Of a stretch of 64,000 nucleotides of DNA, positions 23,223-35,707 are shown piece after piece (within the stretch, counting starts at the first letter, position 1; each line of letters starts with the position of its first letter). The translations under genes and the position numbers were made by a program. The notes under the pieces are model-generated. The model made no database searches, was not told where the DNA came from, and saw only the letters and a list, made by a program, of their open reading frames with translations. The stretch is taken from NCBI GenBank assembly GCA_905178155.1, contig CAJINV010000001.1, forward strand, positions 2,470,089 to 2,534,088. Reading direction: 5' to 3'. This DNA is from Amoebophrya sp. A120. Taxonomy: Eukaryota > Protista > Dinoflagellata.

Positions 23223-26200
23223 CTACCCGCCCACGTCCGACTGGTCACCCCCGCCCCCGTGGCTTGATTTTCTCGCCTTGGCATCTGCATCCGCTAGCGC
23301 CCGGTTCGGATCTCGGTAGGTGTAGAAGACGTAGATGTAAATCGCATCGGCCAGAATGTACATCAGAAACGCGAACCGAAACGGCAACCCCGCCGCGAAT
23401 CCCCTGGCGGTCGGATCGAAAAGCAAATTCGCGTACAGGTAGCAGCCGAACGCTTGAGAAATCTCGCTGGTGAGAGAAAAGAAGGAAAGGCACATTGCAC
23501 GCTTGTCCACAGGAAGACGCGCCGCAATGAAGGACGAGCTGTATTTCGTTTAATCCTATTTTCATATACGTTGGCAACGCTATGAGTACTTTCTTCAACA
23601 CTTATGCTATTAGTACAGCATGTTAAAAATGTCGGACAGAGCAAATTGCAACACCATGATCACAGAAAGACGATCTTGCTATCCCCAATTTTGATATGCA
23701 ATAGATACCGTATGCTCGCCAGAAACGCCAAGCAGTGCCTGATGATGTTCATGAAGACGAAAAACCGTCCGGAGTACGGCGCTTCCACCGTGTAAATCAA
23801 CTCGCAGGTCAAGTTGATACAGCACCCCAGGATCAGCAAACTTGCGTACCTTTCGTGCAGGGACGTTTCCGCTTCGCTGAACCGATCTGCGTGCGAACTG
23901 GACCAGTGATCGTCCGACACGGAATGCCGCGCCAAGGTGTTCAGGTTCGGCAAACTTCCAAATTTTTTCCGCGAAAACCCCCACGACCCCGCGGCGCCGG
24001 GTAGGCTGTTCCTTCGCAGCGCGGGTTTCCTGCTAGAACTGCCGGCGCCCGGCGGGCTCAAATCAGACCTAGTACTTCGCGGCGCACCGCGCGCAGACAT
24101 CGAACCGTTGCCTCCTTGAAGATGCTGAAAATGAACCCGGGGACGCGCACGTGGCTTGCTGCCATTCGCGCCGTCGTGAAACAGGCCACCAGCACCTTGC
24201 TCCAGATCATCCTCGTCCGCTGCTTCATTCTGCGGATAAACAAACCCGCCCGGGGAACTACGAGAGGAGTACAACGGAGCCAATCCGTGGTCTTCTAGCA
24301 GGTCCGAGTCCCGCGTTTCATTCGGGTCTTGTTTGGAGACGCGGCGGAGTTGCTGAAACGCTTCCTGTTCCGGCTCTTCCGTGGGGCCCCTGTAGTTCTG
24401 GTCTTTGGACGACTTTTTCATGATCAAACCCGCTGCGGTGGAAGAAGTTTCTTTCGAACTTTTACAACTCTGCTGGATCTTCCTCATCGCGACTGCCTCT
24501 CCAGCGACTTCCGGATCGACATCAGTAGTTCTAGACGTCGTTGTACAACCTGCAGATGATAAAGGTTCCGAGTCTCCGTCCGGGTAGAACATTACGATTT
24601 GCCCGGCCGATTCCGTCCCTCGGTCGTCCCCCACCGGATCGCGTAGGGGTGCTTCATCACTGCTGTTCACGGAAATTTGAATCACGTTGCGATTTTGTCC
24701 GCGCGCGCTTGAAGTTCCGCTCGGCGCGTTTGAGCGAGCGGTTGAAAGTGGAGACGTTTGTTGAGCGATGGCACCGTCTATCGCACTACTCCCCTTCACC
24801 ATTCCGTCACTCAATTGCTGGTGTTCGATCTGGTTTTGTTGTTCCTGATGGATGTTCAACCTGGTGAAATCGTAGTCGTCTTCCGGGGAACTCGAAACAT
24901 TCAGTGCGTACTTCTCATTTTCCGCGTCGTCGAGCAGAATCACCTTCACTTTCCGCTTCCCATCCTTCCCCCGCCGTTCAATCTTCCGCAAGTTTCCGTA
25001 CAAAACCAGAGGGGCGGCGCAAAGCGCCGCCAGGTTCACGACCATCATACAAGCGGACATGAACTCCAGATCGCCCTGGTGCCAGTTCCATACCGCAATC
25101 GAGTAGGAAGAGGTGATCTCGCTCATGCAGGTCGCCAACGTGATATGAGAGTGCACAAGACCCCGTCCTCCAGTTCATTTAATTATACCGCACGAGCAGC
25201 AATACAGGCATCGGCAACAATGCAGATTTTGCATGATAAATTGGTGCGGCGCTATTTCGGCTGCCAGGAGAACCTGTGATGCAGATATGGCCAAGAGGCT
25301 AAAAGTGGACCCGGTGCCTTGCATGACAAATGAGGGGGAGTGGCAGTTGTGCACTCTCATACGTGAAAAAAAAGCACTGCACCGTCCAGAGCTGGATAAA
25401 GTTGCTGGATTCGAGGAACTATCAACTGCAAAAATGTCTGGGTCTGGAAGAATTCATGTTTGTCATGCTTGTCTGGCATGGCTCTTAAATCTGTCATGCA
25501 CGTTACCCAAGAGCTCCGTCTTTCTGTGCTGCAGAGCCGCAGTTTGTCATGCAGAATAGGCAACACCTGGGAGCTTAGAAACTTGTCATGCTGAGCCACC
25601 ATTTGTAGCCTCATCATGACACGCCACCCAGCATGACAAGTTTCCAGACCCAGATATTTTTGCATTTGATAGGAACAACTTCACGTACGCGTTGAACATG
25701 TCGCCGAAATAATTGGTCCACGCCACGACGTCGTAGAGGGCCCTTTGGCAGCAATTCATACGTGATCGGGTTCGTTTCAAAACCAACACGCCTTTGTTGC
25801 CCGTTGCTGTACTAATATCGTCCGCGCTTGCACTAGAGGGGCGGAAACTGCCGTCGCCGGAATTATCATTCGACGTCGTCCCGAAGACACTCAAGACGGA
25901 GGAAAACACTTGCGACACTACGCTGGTGCTGTCCGAAAGGATCGCCTTCTCAGCCTTGCTGTCGTCCCTGGAGATATTAATAAGGTTAGAACTATTTATT
26001 CCGTCAGTATTGTTCATCTGGACAGACGAGCTCCTTTTTGTGGTCGTGTCGTCCGGGGAAGTATTGTTCTGACTCGAAGCTGCAAGAACTTCTTGATCGC
26101 CGTACGATTTGTTCGCGTTTGGACGCCACCGGGAGTAATGTGATGCAAGAAAAAAACTGTGTGTGATGCAGAAATTTCAAAACAGTTACACTTGTCATGC

Positions 26201-29200
26201 TCGATGAGATGCATGATCGGCTGGCTTCCTATGTGTTTTCCCTTCCTATCTGCGCATAACAAGTTTTTCCTGTCATGGCAGACAAACTTGTGATGCTGTT
26301 TTCCCAAAAGACTTACACTATCACTAACACAGTTTTTTTCTTGCATAACTGTGCGTGTCGGGTTAATAATCCCTCCCGCTCCAGTTCCTCGGGGTCCGAC
26401 TCGACATTGATCCAATCGTGGATGGAAATCTGCAGGGTTTCCTTTAAATGGTTGGACACGCAGACCAGTAAAACGGAGTAGAGCAACGCCATGGTGCTGT
26501 ACAAAGCGGGGAAATCCGTGAACTCGTTTTCGAGCAAACTGGAGGAAACCAGACCCGACACCAGAACGCAGATCTGGGTCAGGATGTCCAGCAAAGCGAA
26601 CACCAGCACCCGTTCGTTGCCCAGCGAGGTCGCGTCGAAAATCATGGAATGGAAGGCGATGAAACTAGTTTTGAAAAAACCGCGGACCAGGTACGCGAAC
26701 ACAAGGAGGAGCAATTCTAAATGATCCGTCACCCAATCGCCGAACTTTTGGAAGAAGTTCTTCTCCGCGTGCGGTGTCTGGAGGCCCTGCTGCTGCTGAT
26801 TGGGCTTGGCTTGCTCTCCCTTATTGAACGTCGCTCCGCTCGTCGCCTTGGCCGCTTCTTGAACCATCTGCAGGTCGTGACTTTGCTTCATCACCGGCTT
26901 CGGCGGTGGTTTCGCGTCGGCTTTGCTGTTTTTGTGTGCAGCAGCGTTTATTTTCGCTTCAGCTTTATTATTCTCAGCACTCCCTGCGCTCGAACTTGTT
27001 TTGTCACTCGCGGGAGCGGTTTTTGCCTGGTCCTTTGCTGTAGTTTCTGGCGCCATATCATCCGCTTGTGGGCGCGCACTCGGACCACCTGCAGCATTTC
27101 CTTCTCCTGGTGTGCCTTTCGGTTCTTTCTCTGCGCGTTCGGGCTGCGCCGTGTTTTTGTTCGTCCCACTACTTGCTAATGCTGTTGGCCCTGCTCCTGC
27201 CACACCGACCTGCTTATCGCTCCCAGCCTCGGTACTTGTTCCCGCGCTTGCAGTGTCAGCATTCGCAGACTCCTTCTCCTTCGCTTCCGCGTCTGCGTCC
27301 TGGATTACCTTCGTCTCCTCGTGTGTCTCCTTCGCTTCCCGTACGACTTCCTGCGGCGCGGCCCGATCAGAAAACAGTGCCGGCTTGAAAACGTCCGCTG
27401 TCAGTTTAAGTTTCTGCCGCGGAGTCTCCGTGGCTTCCGGCGCTGCCGACGTTTTTTCACTCTCTTTCTCCGCGGATGGTGAAGGTTGGGGCTCCGCGGG
27501 CTTATCTTTTGTGGTAGAAGATGTTGTTCCGGCTGTTGCTTCTCCTGGTGGCACGGCAGCCGCAGGTACAGCTGCGTTGGCAGCCTTTGTTACATCTGCA
27601 GCTTGCTCCGTCACGGTAGTACCTGTCTGTTTTTGTTCCCCGACCGGCGCCGGCGCGGCGGCCTGCTGTTGCACTTCAGGTTCTTTCTGCGCTGCCGGTG
27701 CCGCTTCTCCGGCCGCTGCAGTCTTTGTCACAGCGGCTGTCGCCGGTAGTGCGAGATCATCTGCTGCGGCGGCGGTAGCGGCAGACGCAGGAGCAGGCTC
27801 GGCAACGTTACCCTTCGATAGGTCAGTTGTGTCTTTGCTTGTTTCTTGTTCCACCAACATGTCAGTACTTTTCTTTACTTCCAAATTATCATCCCCACCA
27901 GCGGTGCTTGCCGCCTGTTTCAAAGGCGCTGCTCCACCTTCACCCTCAAAAACTGGAAGTTGTTCAGCGCTTGTTCCTGCCAACCACGAACTGCCCTTCC
28001 CTTCTCGATTCTTCCCGTCGGCGAGTGGCACTGCAGTTTCAGCGTGGCCATCGCTCTTTTTCTTCGTGATTTTCTGTTCCAGCTCCACGAGGGAAGAGAA
28101 AGATGCGCTGGATGAAGACGAAGATGCGCTACTTGCGGCTGCTGCTGCTGCGATGTGGCTCGCGCCGCCCGCGACAGCCGTTCTTACGGCTGATCCCTGC
28201 AACGATCTTCCACTGTTCACCTCGGTTGTTTCTATCTCCGCTCGCAAGCCCGCACTTCTCGCCGCTTGCTCCTCGATCGTCAGAGTGTGGCCCAGATCGG
28301 AGCCCCAAATTGGGTCCTTTGATAAAGCAGACGAGCCTAAGTACACCAGTTTATCGTTCGCCGAGGGGGCCACCCACAGGGCGATGACGAGTAGGATCAC
28401 GTAGTAGAAAATCAAGCCCCAGATCGCCAGCACCAACATGTATTTCCGCCCCTTCTTGTCGCACAAAACGCCAAAGGCGGGGATAGAAATCGCGTGCGCA
28501 CAGGACATCAGGCAGTCTAGGATTCCCTTCCGCTCCTGCGCAACGCGGATTACCGTGTTCACGTCCCCGCAAAAGAAGGAACCCGTCCAGTTATCGTAAG
28601 CCGCCTGCTCCTCCTGCTGCTTCTTCGTCTTTATTCCGGACGCGGGATTCCCGTTCCGTGGGGTTATTGCGTCTTTGGTTTTTTCCAAGTGTCGCTGCGC
28701 TGTTTCCGTTTTCGAAATTTCTGTTTCCGTTTTTTCCTTTACCTCCAGTTGGTGCTCCGTGCCAATCCTCGTCGTTTCTTGGAGTCTATTTTCATGGTGA
28801 TGATGCATTTCCAATTCCAGGGTCAGAAACGAAGAAGACGAAAAGCCTTGCTGTGGTGGCGTTAGTACCGCTGCGCTGCTAGTAGTACCGCCAGAACCAG
28901 ATCCTGAAGCAGCACTTGTTCCCACGTCAGGATTCGCACCCGCTGTGACGAGCACCCTTGAGGCATCCATGGTCCCCGACGGCGCGTTCGTGCTAGAAGA
29001 CGACGTCGTTGCCACATTGGCCGTGCTACTCGTCGGGGTGTCGCAGATCACCAGCGTCCGCAAGAACGGCAAAAACAGCGGCCCGGCTGTGCTGTCCAGA
29101 ATCTGCATTGCCAGGTAGCACGCGTAGATCGGCCACACCCCCTTCGGAATCATGGAAGCCAAATTTCGGCACCGCATGCCGAAGTTGTGCGCCGCGCCCC

Positions 29201-29261
29201 GAACGCCATCGCGGCAGCGCGCGGCGTAGGCGTGGGGACCGGTGCCGTAGGTTTTGGGCAT
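23223..29261 (-). CDS. Major facilitator superfamily transporter (~1,725 aa) with very long low-complexity loops; 3 TIR introns plus 1 GT-AG intron (23539-23708)
   Basis: Motif A FGVLCDKKGRKYML, many hydrophobic helices, and IR|SSFIAARLPVDKRAMCL near the C-terminus. The spliced CDS is 5178 nt. Confidence 0.78.
25144..25361. mobile_element. Introner-like TIR element, family C
   Basis: TIR TATGAGAGTGCACAA...TTGTGCACTCTCATA, DR CGTGA. Removal gives QCFFFT|LATCMSE. Confidence 0.88.
25420..25671. mobile_element. Introner-like TIR element, family A (interior inverted relative to the 22306 and 49365 copies)
   Basis: TATCAACTGCAAAAATGTCTGGG...CCCAGATATTTTTGCATTTGATA, DR GGAAC. Removal gives YVKLF|LESSNF. 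Confidence 0.92.
26142..26347. mobile_element. Introner-like TIR element, family D
   Basis: (G)ATGCAAGAAAAAAACTGTGT...ACACAGTTTTTTTCTTGCATA, DR AATGT/ACTGT. Interior is the approximate reverse complement of 57357-57566. Removal joins TRHA to YSRWRPN in frame. Confidence 0.88.
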
Positions 29262-30109
29262 GATGATCTTGATGCTGAGGGGTCAATAGATGATGCGACT
29301 TTACCGATTCATACACGAACCATCACGCGTGGTTCTCTCGAAAGAACGCCAGAAATGTCGCCACGGCCCCGTTGTGGCCCTCTACTGGTACTGATACGAC
29401 CGCCAGAAGGGATATATAGAAGAACTCGGATCAGTTCCATCATCAAGATCAATCGAAGTGTAATGCCATGCGCTCTCTCGAACGACAACGAAAACGATTG
29501 CAATTGAAGAATCGAGAATGACGACAGTAGGCTACCCCGAGCTCGCTCGACAGATGAGAACGATTTACGACTTTTCTTTTCAGCAATACGATGATGTGAA
29601 ACGACTGTGATGAAAGCACACTTGGAAATGGAACAAGCAGAATGCTCCTGCTGCAAAGAGCCCTAGAATCGCCTCGATTTTTTATTTTCTGGGTGGACTA
29701 GTTTACACACAAAAAAAGCACAAAGTTTTATTCGCGTTGCAGAGCTTGAATGGTGAATGACTACGTGACCCGGGGAGGCATAGCATTTATTGTGTCGAAA
29801 TTTTCAACCCCTTGCGTGCACAAGAAGGCGACAAAAATGGAGAGTTCGATCAAGTGAGAATGCGGGGACTGACAGATACTTACACACAGAAGTCAGGTAC
29901 CATGCAAGATACTAACAAATGCGTGCTTGAAAATAACAACAAGGTACAGAACATGTAAAACAACTCAACACATCTGGTACAAGTGGAAAAATTTCGTCCA
30001 GGTTCAAAAAAACCCTCTGTCTCACCTCTGGTGACAGCTTGATGAAAAGTACATTTCACAAAACTTACATTTTCTTTTACTCTATCAAGGGCATACTTGC
30101 CTCTTCCCC

Positions 30110-30583
30110 TCAGGAGTGCATCCCGTCATCTGCGGCGTACGCACCTGCCAACATTTTCACGGCGAAATCGTTGGCATCCTTCGGCGGATTCTTCCGGAGC
30201 AGACCTGATATTTTGGATGGATGTCAATTCGCAAACGTATTCGCCTTCAATTTCAAGCGCACGCACAAATGTTGCCACAACACCTTTCACAACCAGATGT
30301 TGCTACAACACTTTTCATAGTAAAAGCAAGTGCTTGCATTGCACAAGAGAACGACAGCAGTACTAGTGAAAAACGTCGCAGCAGTCATTTATTCTGAAAT
30401 CATACGTTCATCGCACGCCGTTCGCTTGGCGACAGTCTTCAAATCGCCGGCGCATTCGCTCCACAGCGCCACCATGGCTTTGATCCCAGCGTCATCCTGC
30501 TTGGGCGCTGTGCCCGGTGCTGGGCCGCCGGTCTTCTTCAGCTTGCCGGCCTGGTCCTGAAAAGTCTTACCCTCGAAGGTCAT
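30110..30583 (-). CDS. Small two-exon hypothetical protein (~90 aa)
   Basis: MTFEGKTFQDQAGKLKKTGG...ACDE, donor c|gtatga, acceptor atatcag|gt ctg, giving RLLRKNPPKDANDFAVKMLAGAYAADDGMHS*. Confidence 0.6.
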
Positions 30584-31241
30584 TCCGTCTTTTATTTTCT
30601 TGGTGGAAAAAGTTTTTAATGCTCTGGCTCTCGTTCTGAAAACTTACTTTTAGTGTAGCAGGAGAAATAAAGGCTTTGTTTTGGAGGAAGTTGTAAAATG
30701 TGTTACGTCACAGAGGACTATTCTCGAGGTGGAAGAGAAGGGCCGCAAAAGAGGCGTCACTGTGTGGAAAATCAGGAGAGCGCAGTCGTGTTGTGCTACA
30801 GCCAGTACGACAAAGACACATTCATAAGAAAACAAGTCTAAACAAATGTGTACGACATTGCAGGCACGAAGAAAGAGGAGCACGGGTATCATTTTCGTAC
30901 GCACGGATGTTGAACGAACCGAATTAATCTTCAGAAGGCATTGTGTGCACGTACCGACCTTTTTCACGTCGCAGCAGCAACCGATGGCGGCTTATCTCAA
31001 AATGCTTTGCAAATTAGTGCGACAAAACCGACAAAAGACAAATTGTGAACCGACTCATTCAGTCTGCAGTGCTGTTGCATCTTTCGTGAAGGAGCACAGA
31101 GGCAAACAAAAACTCAAATGTAAGTCGCGAAATCTTTGCTGCTAGCGGCAAAATGCCGCACTATACTTTTTGCGTCTTTTCCTTCAGCAATGTCACTAGA
31201 TTTGTGCCTCAGCTACATCTGAGCATCGTGCAAACAAACCG

Positions 31242-33320
31242 CTACACCGCAGCCTGCGTATTCTGTTCATTGAAGTTATCAACTCGCAAATACAAAGGGA
31301 GTTCTGTCCTGTCTTGCCGCTTCAAGTAATCTTTAGGTGTGCCGAAAAGTAACGGCCAAATGATTTCCATATAGCTGGTCAAGCAATGATTCCACTTTAT
31401 CGTCACGGACCGAGCTATCTCTTCGTACCACCGTTTGGGGTACCTCCGTAATCTGGTTTTGCTCACGACAAATTGGCTGCAGCAGTAAAAGGAAAGCGGG
31501 ACCACGTCTCGCGGTCCTGTTGAAGATACATTTGCCGGATCCACTCCGGCCGCTGTTGTTGTCGAGCCTTTGTCTTTGTTTTCGTCGATACTGTTCACAT
31601 TCGTCGCGGTGTGCACATGGATGAACTCAGATGGCTGGTCGTAAGTTTGGAAAAGTTTTTGATTCAGCTGCTTCACTAGAGGATTTAACTTCCCCAAGTC
31701 GAACCCGAGATTTCTCAGCAACCCCTCATACTCTTCCCTGGCGGTCATGTGTGCACTTATTTCTGTGTCGTCTTTGACACAATCACTGACCCTGTTAGCG
31801 CTGACCCTCTCGTAGTTATGCAGATAGTGGTGAGACAGCGTGAGAAAGTCGTTCCAATTTGACGTCGGCAAGTTCGCACCGTCGAAGATGGAAACTGCGT
31901 TGTCCTGGATCGTCTTTGCGTAGTCGGTTTCCCAAATCATTTTCGTAGAAACGTCTGTTAATCCGACGTCGACACCACTTGTTGGTGTTTCTGGTCCCGC
32001 GGCCATTTTATTTTCTCCGAAGTTTCCCAAAAACAGTGCCTGCAACACGTTTCGCAGTGCGCGAAAGTGCACGTGCTCAAGTAAGTCCGGGTGGGCGAAA
32101 ATTGTGTAGTCGTCGAGATGGTCGTAATTTCGAAAAACATGCTCGAAATATCGCTTCACTTCCCACTCGCTGGGCTTGCTGACGACGTCATTCACTATGA
32201 CGACTTTCCGGAAGTACTTTTCCAAAACGTGCAGGTCTGGCTTCGTATGCTCTCGTTTCCCGCAGTGCCACCGCGCGGTTTTTTCCACCAAGTAGCGACC
32301 CGCGCCATTGTGGTCTCTTCTAGACAAGGAGGATGATGTTTCATCTCCTGAGCCAGACGCTAACCCGCCCTCGCCTGTTTTATTTACTGCAGCAGCAGAT
32401 GAATCTTCTTCCTGAAATGGCTTGTACAGGTAGAGTGTGATATGACCAGTTGGAATGCCCGGTTTGTTTTCTGGAAAACTACCATGTGACGTCGAGCCGG
32501 TTACCGAAGATGTTGAAGTAGCGGCTGATGATGTACTAAAATTCTCCACATCATCCTTCTTCTTCCTGTACTGCGGCGCCACGGCGATGTCCCCTCCCAC
32601 CATGCTGGAGAGCAAAGCGGATAAATCCTCCTGGCAGTACGGTAAAACCAACCCGACAGTCGGGACTTGGGTCTTCATCAGTCGGTAGTCGGCATTCATC
32701 TTCTGCAGTCTTTCCAGGCCGACCTGCACCGGCCATGTCGTTTGCTCAAAATTTATCAAAGGTGGTAGTTTTTGCCTTTCCATTTCGTTGTTATCCATCC
32801 TCGCAGCAACATTCAACAACGACATGAAGAGGAAAGACAAATCCAAAACGGAGTCCGTTGCTTCTTGAAATGGCAATCGCTCCTCCGAGCGGAGAATCAT
32901 CGCGAGCATGTACGCCTCCGGGCACACCTGCAGGATGTACTCCTTGTTCGCGAAAGCGATGGTGTTGAGCCAGAGGAAACTAATCGTGGTGACATTGTGG
33001 AAGTAGTACATCCAAGCTTGGAGTTTGTAATCTGTGAAAAATCCAATATCGATGTAAGGGCCGATGGGACCGAGATCTTTCACACCCGCGCCCACCCGGA
33101 TGTCGCAATCATCCTTCTGCTGGAAATCTGGCATGCGGATAGCGGAAACGAGGAAGAGATGGAGGAAAACCGCTAAGCAGGACCGGAGCCGGAAAAAATG
33201 GCGACGCTGCCTTAAAAATAGTACCCGCCAGTGGCGACGGGGAGACGCGAGCGTAGAGAGAGTCATTTTGATGTTCTGTTGTTCCCTGCTACCGATGCCG
33301 CGGCTCAAACAACTGATCAT
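31242..33320 (-). CDS. DUF3431-like protein with N-terminal signal/anchor, intronless
   Basis: EHVFRNYDHLDDYTIFAHPD, FYCCSQFVVSKTRLRRYPKRWYE and YMEIIWPLLFG match DUF3431 motif blocks as I recall them. Confidence 0.7.
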   Translation of the reverse strand: MISCLSRGIGSREQQNIKMTLSTLASPRRHWRVLFLRQRRHFFRLRSCLAVFLHLFLVSAIRMPDFQQKDDCDIRVGAGVKDLGPIGPYIDIGFFTDYKLQAWMYYFHNVTTISFLWLNTIAFANKEYILQVCPEAYMLAMILRSEERLPFQEATDSVLDLSFLFMSLLNVAARMDNNEMERQKLPPLINFEQTTWPVQVGLERLQKMNADYRLMKTQVPTVGLVLPYCQEDLSALLSSMVGGDIAVAPQYRKKKDDVENFSTSSAATSTSSVTGSTSHGSFPENKPGIPTGHITLYLYKPFQEEDSSAAAVNKTGEGGLASGSGDETSSSLSRRDHNGAGRYLVEKTARWHCGKREHTKPDLHVLEKYFRKVVIVNDVVSKPSEWEVKRYFEHVFRNYDHLDDYTIFAHPDLLEHVHFRALRNVLQALFLGNFGENKMAAGPETPTSGVDVGLTDVSTKMIWETDYAKTIQDNAVSIFDGANLPTSNWNDFLTLSHHYLHNYERVSANRVSDCVKDDTEISAHMTAREEYEGLLRNLGFDLGKLNPLVKQLNQKLFQTYDQPSEFIHVHTATNVNSIDENKDKGSTTTAAGVDPANVSSTGPRDVVPLSFYCCSQFVVSKTRLRRYPKRWYEEIARSVTIKWNHCLTSYMEIIWPLLFGTPKDYLKRQDRTELPLYLRVDNFNEQNTQAAV

Positions 33321-33494
33321 GTTCCGAAAATGTTAATACTTGTCGCTTCAGAATCAGAATCAGAAAGGTCTTGGCTTGGCTTGGCTGCGGGGCGGCGTTC
33401 CAGAACTTTAAGAGTGCAGCTCGAGCTATTCATGAGCTAATTCTTGACCACGCTTACTAGTTTTAGTAGAGGCGGCTAACAGCGAACTTGTCCT

Positions 33495-33580
33495 CGCGCG
33501 TTCCACCATCGAGGCCACACACCACGCGCGTTCCACCATCGAGGAAAACTGCGCGCTCCACCATCGAGGCCACACACCAA
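33495..33580. repeat. Short tandem repeat CGCG(T/C)TCCACCATCGAGG x3
   Basis: Three copies at ~26-30 bp spacing upstream of the DUF3431-like gene. Confidence 0.75.
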
Positions 33581-34144
33581 AATCGTGGTGAGAGCCCGAC
33601 GGTCTGGTCGCGAAACATCATGGCAACATCAGCAACCAACCAACAAACAAACAACAGTGGGAAAAAACAGCGATAGCGATGGCCCAACCTACCTACTTCC
33701 AGAGAGATGAAAACCCTACCTACTTACAGTAGTCGTAATGGCGATAGCAAAAGATAAAGAGCATACCTAATTACAGATGAAAATAAACAACAATAGCACC
33801 CTACAGACAAATGGAAAAGACAAATACTGCTCCTGATTGAAAATCGAAAACAAAAGGAAATAGCGCCACTTCACAAAACGCAGGCGAAACAGGCGCTCCA
33901 GCATCAAACGAATGAAACGCGCCAGGCCCAGAGCGCGGCGCTCCCTGACAAAAGCACAGCGATTTGCAACAGCTCTCTGGCAAGAATTGAACAAAATGCT
34001 GCTCGTCCACAAGATGAGCTTATTTCTTTCAATATGCTGACCGTCCTTCGCGCGGAAAGATATTTGTATGTGTTGCGTACTTAGTTCTACTTTTGCGCGT
34101 ACTTGCAAGTCACGCACTGCACTTGTTATCCGTTTACTCATCAA

Positions 34145-35707
34145 TCATCCCATGACGTTGGTCCAACGAAACAGCGGGTTATTCGTATGTCCCGGGACCG
34201 CGGCAAATTTCCCGGACACCATGGCGTCACCGGCCAATCGATCGACGCGGTCGTTCCCTGGGTCCCCGGAGTGTCCCGCGACGTACTCAAACTTCAAATC
34301 CGCCTTCTTCATCGCTGCCTGATGCGCCGCGCGTGCCTTGTTCACCAGCTGCAAGTTCTTATGCGCTTTCTTCTCGCCCGTGCCGACGCCGGCGGCATAG
34401 GAGGAATCGTAGAGGACGAGGATTTTCGGCCTCTTACTCTGCGTCGACCCAGGATTTGCATTTGCAATTGCATTCAAAACTACTGTACCACAAAAGCAAT
34501 CGATCCACAGCATGGCCTCCGCAAAGCCCGTCAGTTCCCCGGTATTGTTAGACGCCACCTCGGCTCCCAAGTCCATAAACTTCTCGAGGTTGGAGAGATT
34601 TGTTTTTCCTTTACTAACGACGACCGGGCCGGATAGATCCACTATGTGATTCCGGTGGCTCTCTTGGACGATTCGCTGCCGGGTTTCCGGACTGTCGGCG
34701 TGGTTGTCCCTGTTCGCGAAAATCGAAACGCCCCAACCCGCGCGGGCGTTCGCACCCGCAATGTTCATGTTGCTGCCGCCGGACCCATCGAAGTAAATGT
34801 AGAAGTGATAAACTACTGAACCTGCAGTAGAGGACGACACGGCTGACGCCGGAGCAGCTTGAGGCGCTCCGAAAATTGAGCCGCTATTAAACGGCAGCGG
34901 GGCCGACCCAAACGCCGTTGCTGGGGCTCCTGCTGCTGGAGGCTGCAAACCAGAAGGTGTTATTCTCGCTCGCTTTGCTGAGTCTCCTTCGCTCCCGCTT
35001 TCCGCTTTTCTCTTCCGGCAATACTGCTGAAATCGCTGCACTTGCTCCCCGCAAATCCAATTCGCGTAGCGCACGTGATTTTCAAACACTTGTTTGAAAG
35101 ACAGCCCAGCATGCTCCCCAGCTTCTATTCGCTCCGACCCTCCGTCGTCTAAATTTAGCCCTTGCAGATTCTCCCGCGGGCGTTTCAACGACGATGCTGA
35201 CGAGGCCGCTGAAGAGGCCGATGATACTCCACCTTGCGGTTGATTGTTATTCATTACACCATTGTTCATCCCAAACTGCGACGTATTGGGCACGGTATTC
35301 GGCCGCGCGGCTTGAAACCCGGCTGAAAAGCCAAACCCGTTCGCTACGGATCCGCTGTTGCCGCCGAAGGAAGCTGTGCCAAACCCAAAGTTCGATGCTT
35401 GATGCTGGAACCCAGCAGGTGCAGCTGCTGGTGCGGCTGCTGTTGGTGCTGTGCCCCCATTCCGCTGGCGCGCGACGAACGCGAGAAAACTGGTCTCCGC
35501 CGCTTTTGCCTTGCTCGGGTCGCCTTGAAAGAGAATCCCCCGGGATTTCGGGTAGTAGTTGAGCTTGTACCCTAAGTGCTGCGACCCGCTCGGAACCAAA
35601 ACGCCGGCCGTCGGCTCGTCCCATTGGACCTCTTTGATTTTCTGGTCCTGCCGCAGCCATTGTTCAACCTGGCCCTTGTCGTAGGGGGAGATCTTTTTCA
35701 GGGCCAT
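34145..35707 (-). CDS. Ribonuclease HI domain protein with N-terminal accessory domains, intronless
   Basis: YIYFDGS...AGWGV...SNNTGELTG...LYDSSYA...YVAGHSGDPGNDRVDRLA contains the full D-E-D-D catalytic set and the GHSG motif. Likely start MALKKISP. Confidence 0.88.
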   Translation of the reverse strand: MALKKISPYDKGQVEQWLRQDQKIKEVQWDEPTAGVLVPSGSQHLGYKLNYYPKSRGILFQGDPSKAKAAETSFLAFVARQRNGGTAPTAAAPAAAPAGFQHQASNFGFGTASFGGNSGSVANGFGFSAGFQAARPNTVPNTSQFGMNNGVMNNNQPQGGVSSASSAASSASSLKRPRENLQGLNLDDGGSERIEAGEHAGLSFKQVFENHVRYANWICGEQVQRFQQYCRKRKAESGSEGDSAKRARITPSGLQPPAAGAPATAFGSAPLPFNSGSIFGAPQAAPASAVSSSTAGSVVYHFYIYFDGSGGSNMNIAGANARAGWGVSIFANRDNHADSPETRQRIVQESHRNHIVDLSGPVVVSKGKTNLSNLEKFMDLGAEVASNNTGELTGFAEAMLWIDCFCGTVVLNAIANANPGSTQSKRPKILVLYDSSYAAGVGTGEKKAHKNLQLVNKARAAHQAAMKKADLKFEYVAGHSGDPGNDRVDRLAGDAMVSGKFAAVPGHTNNPLFRWTNVMG

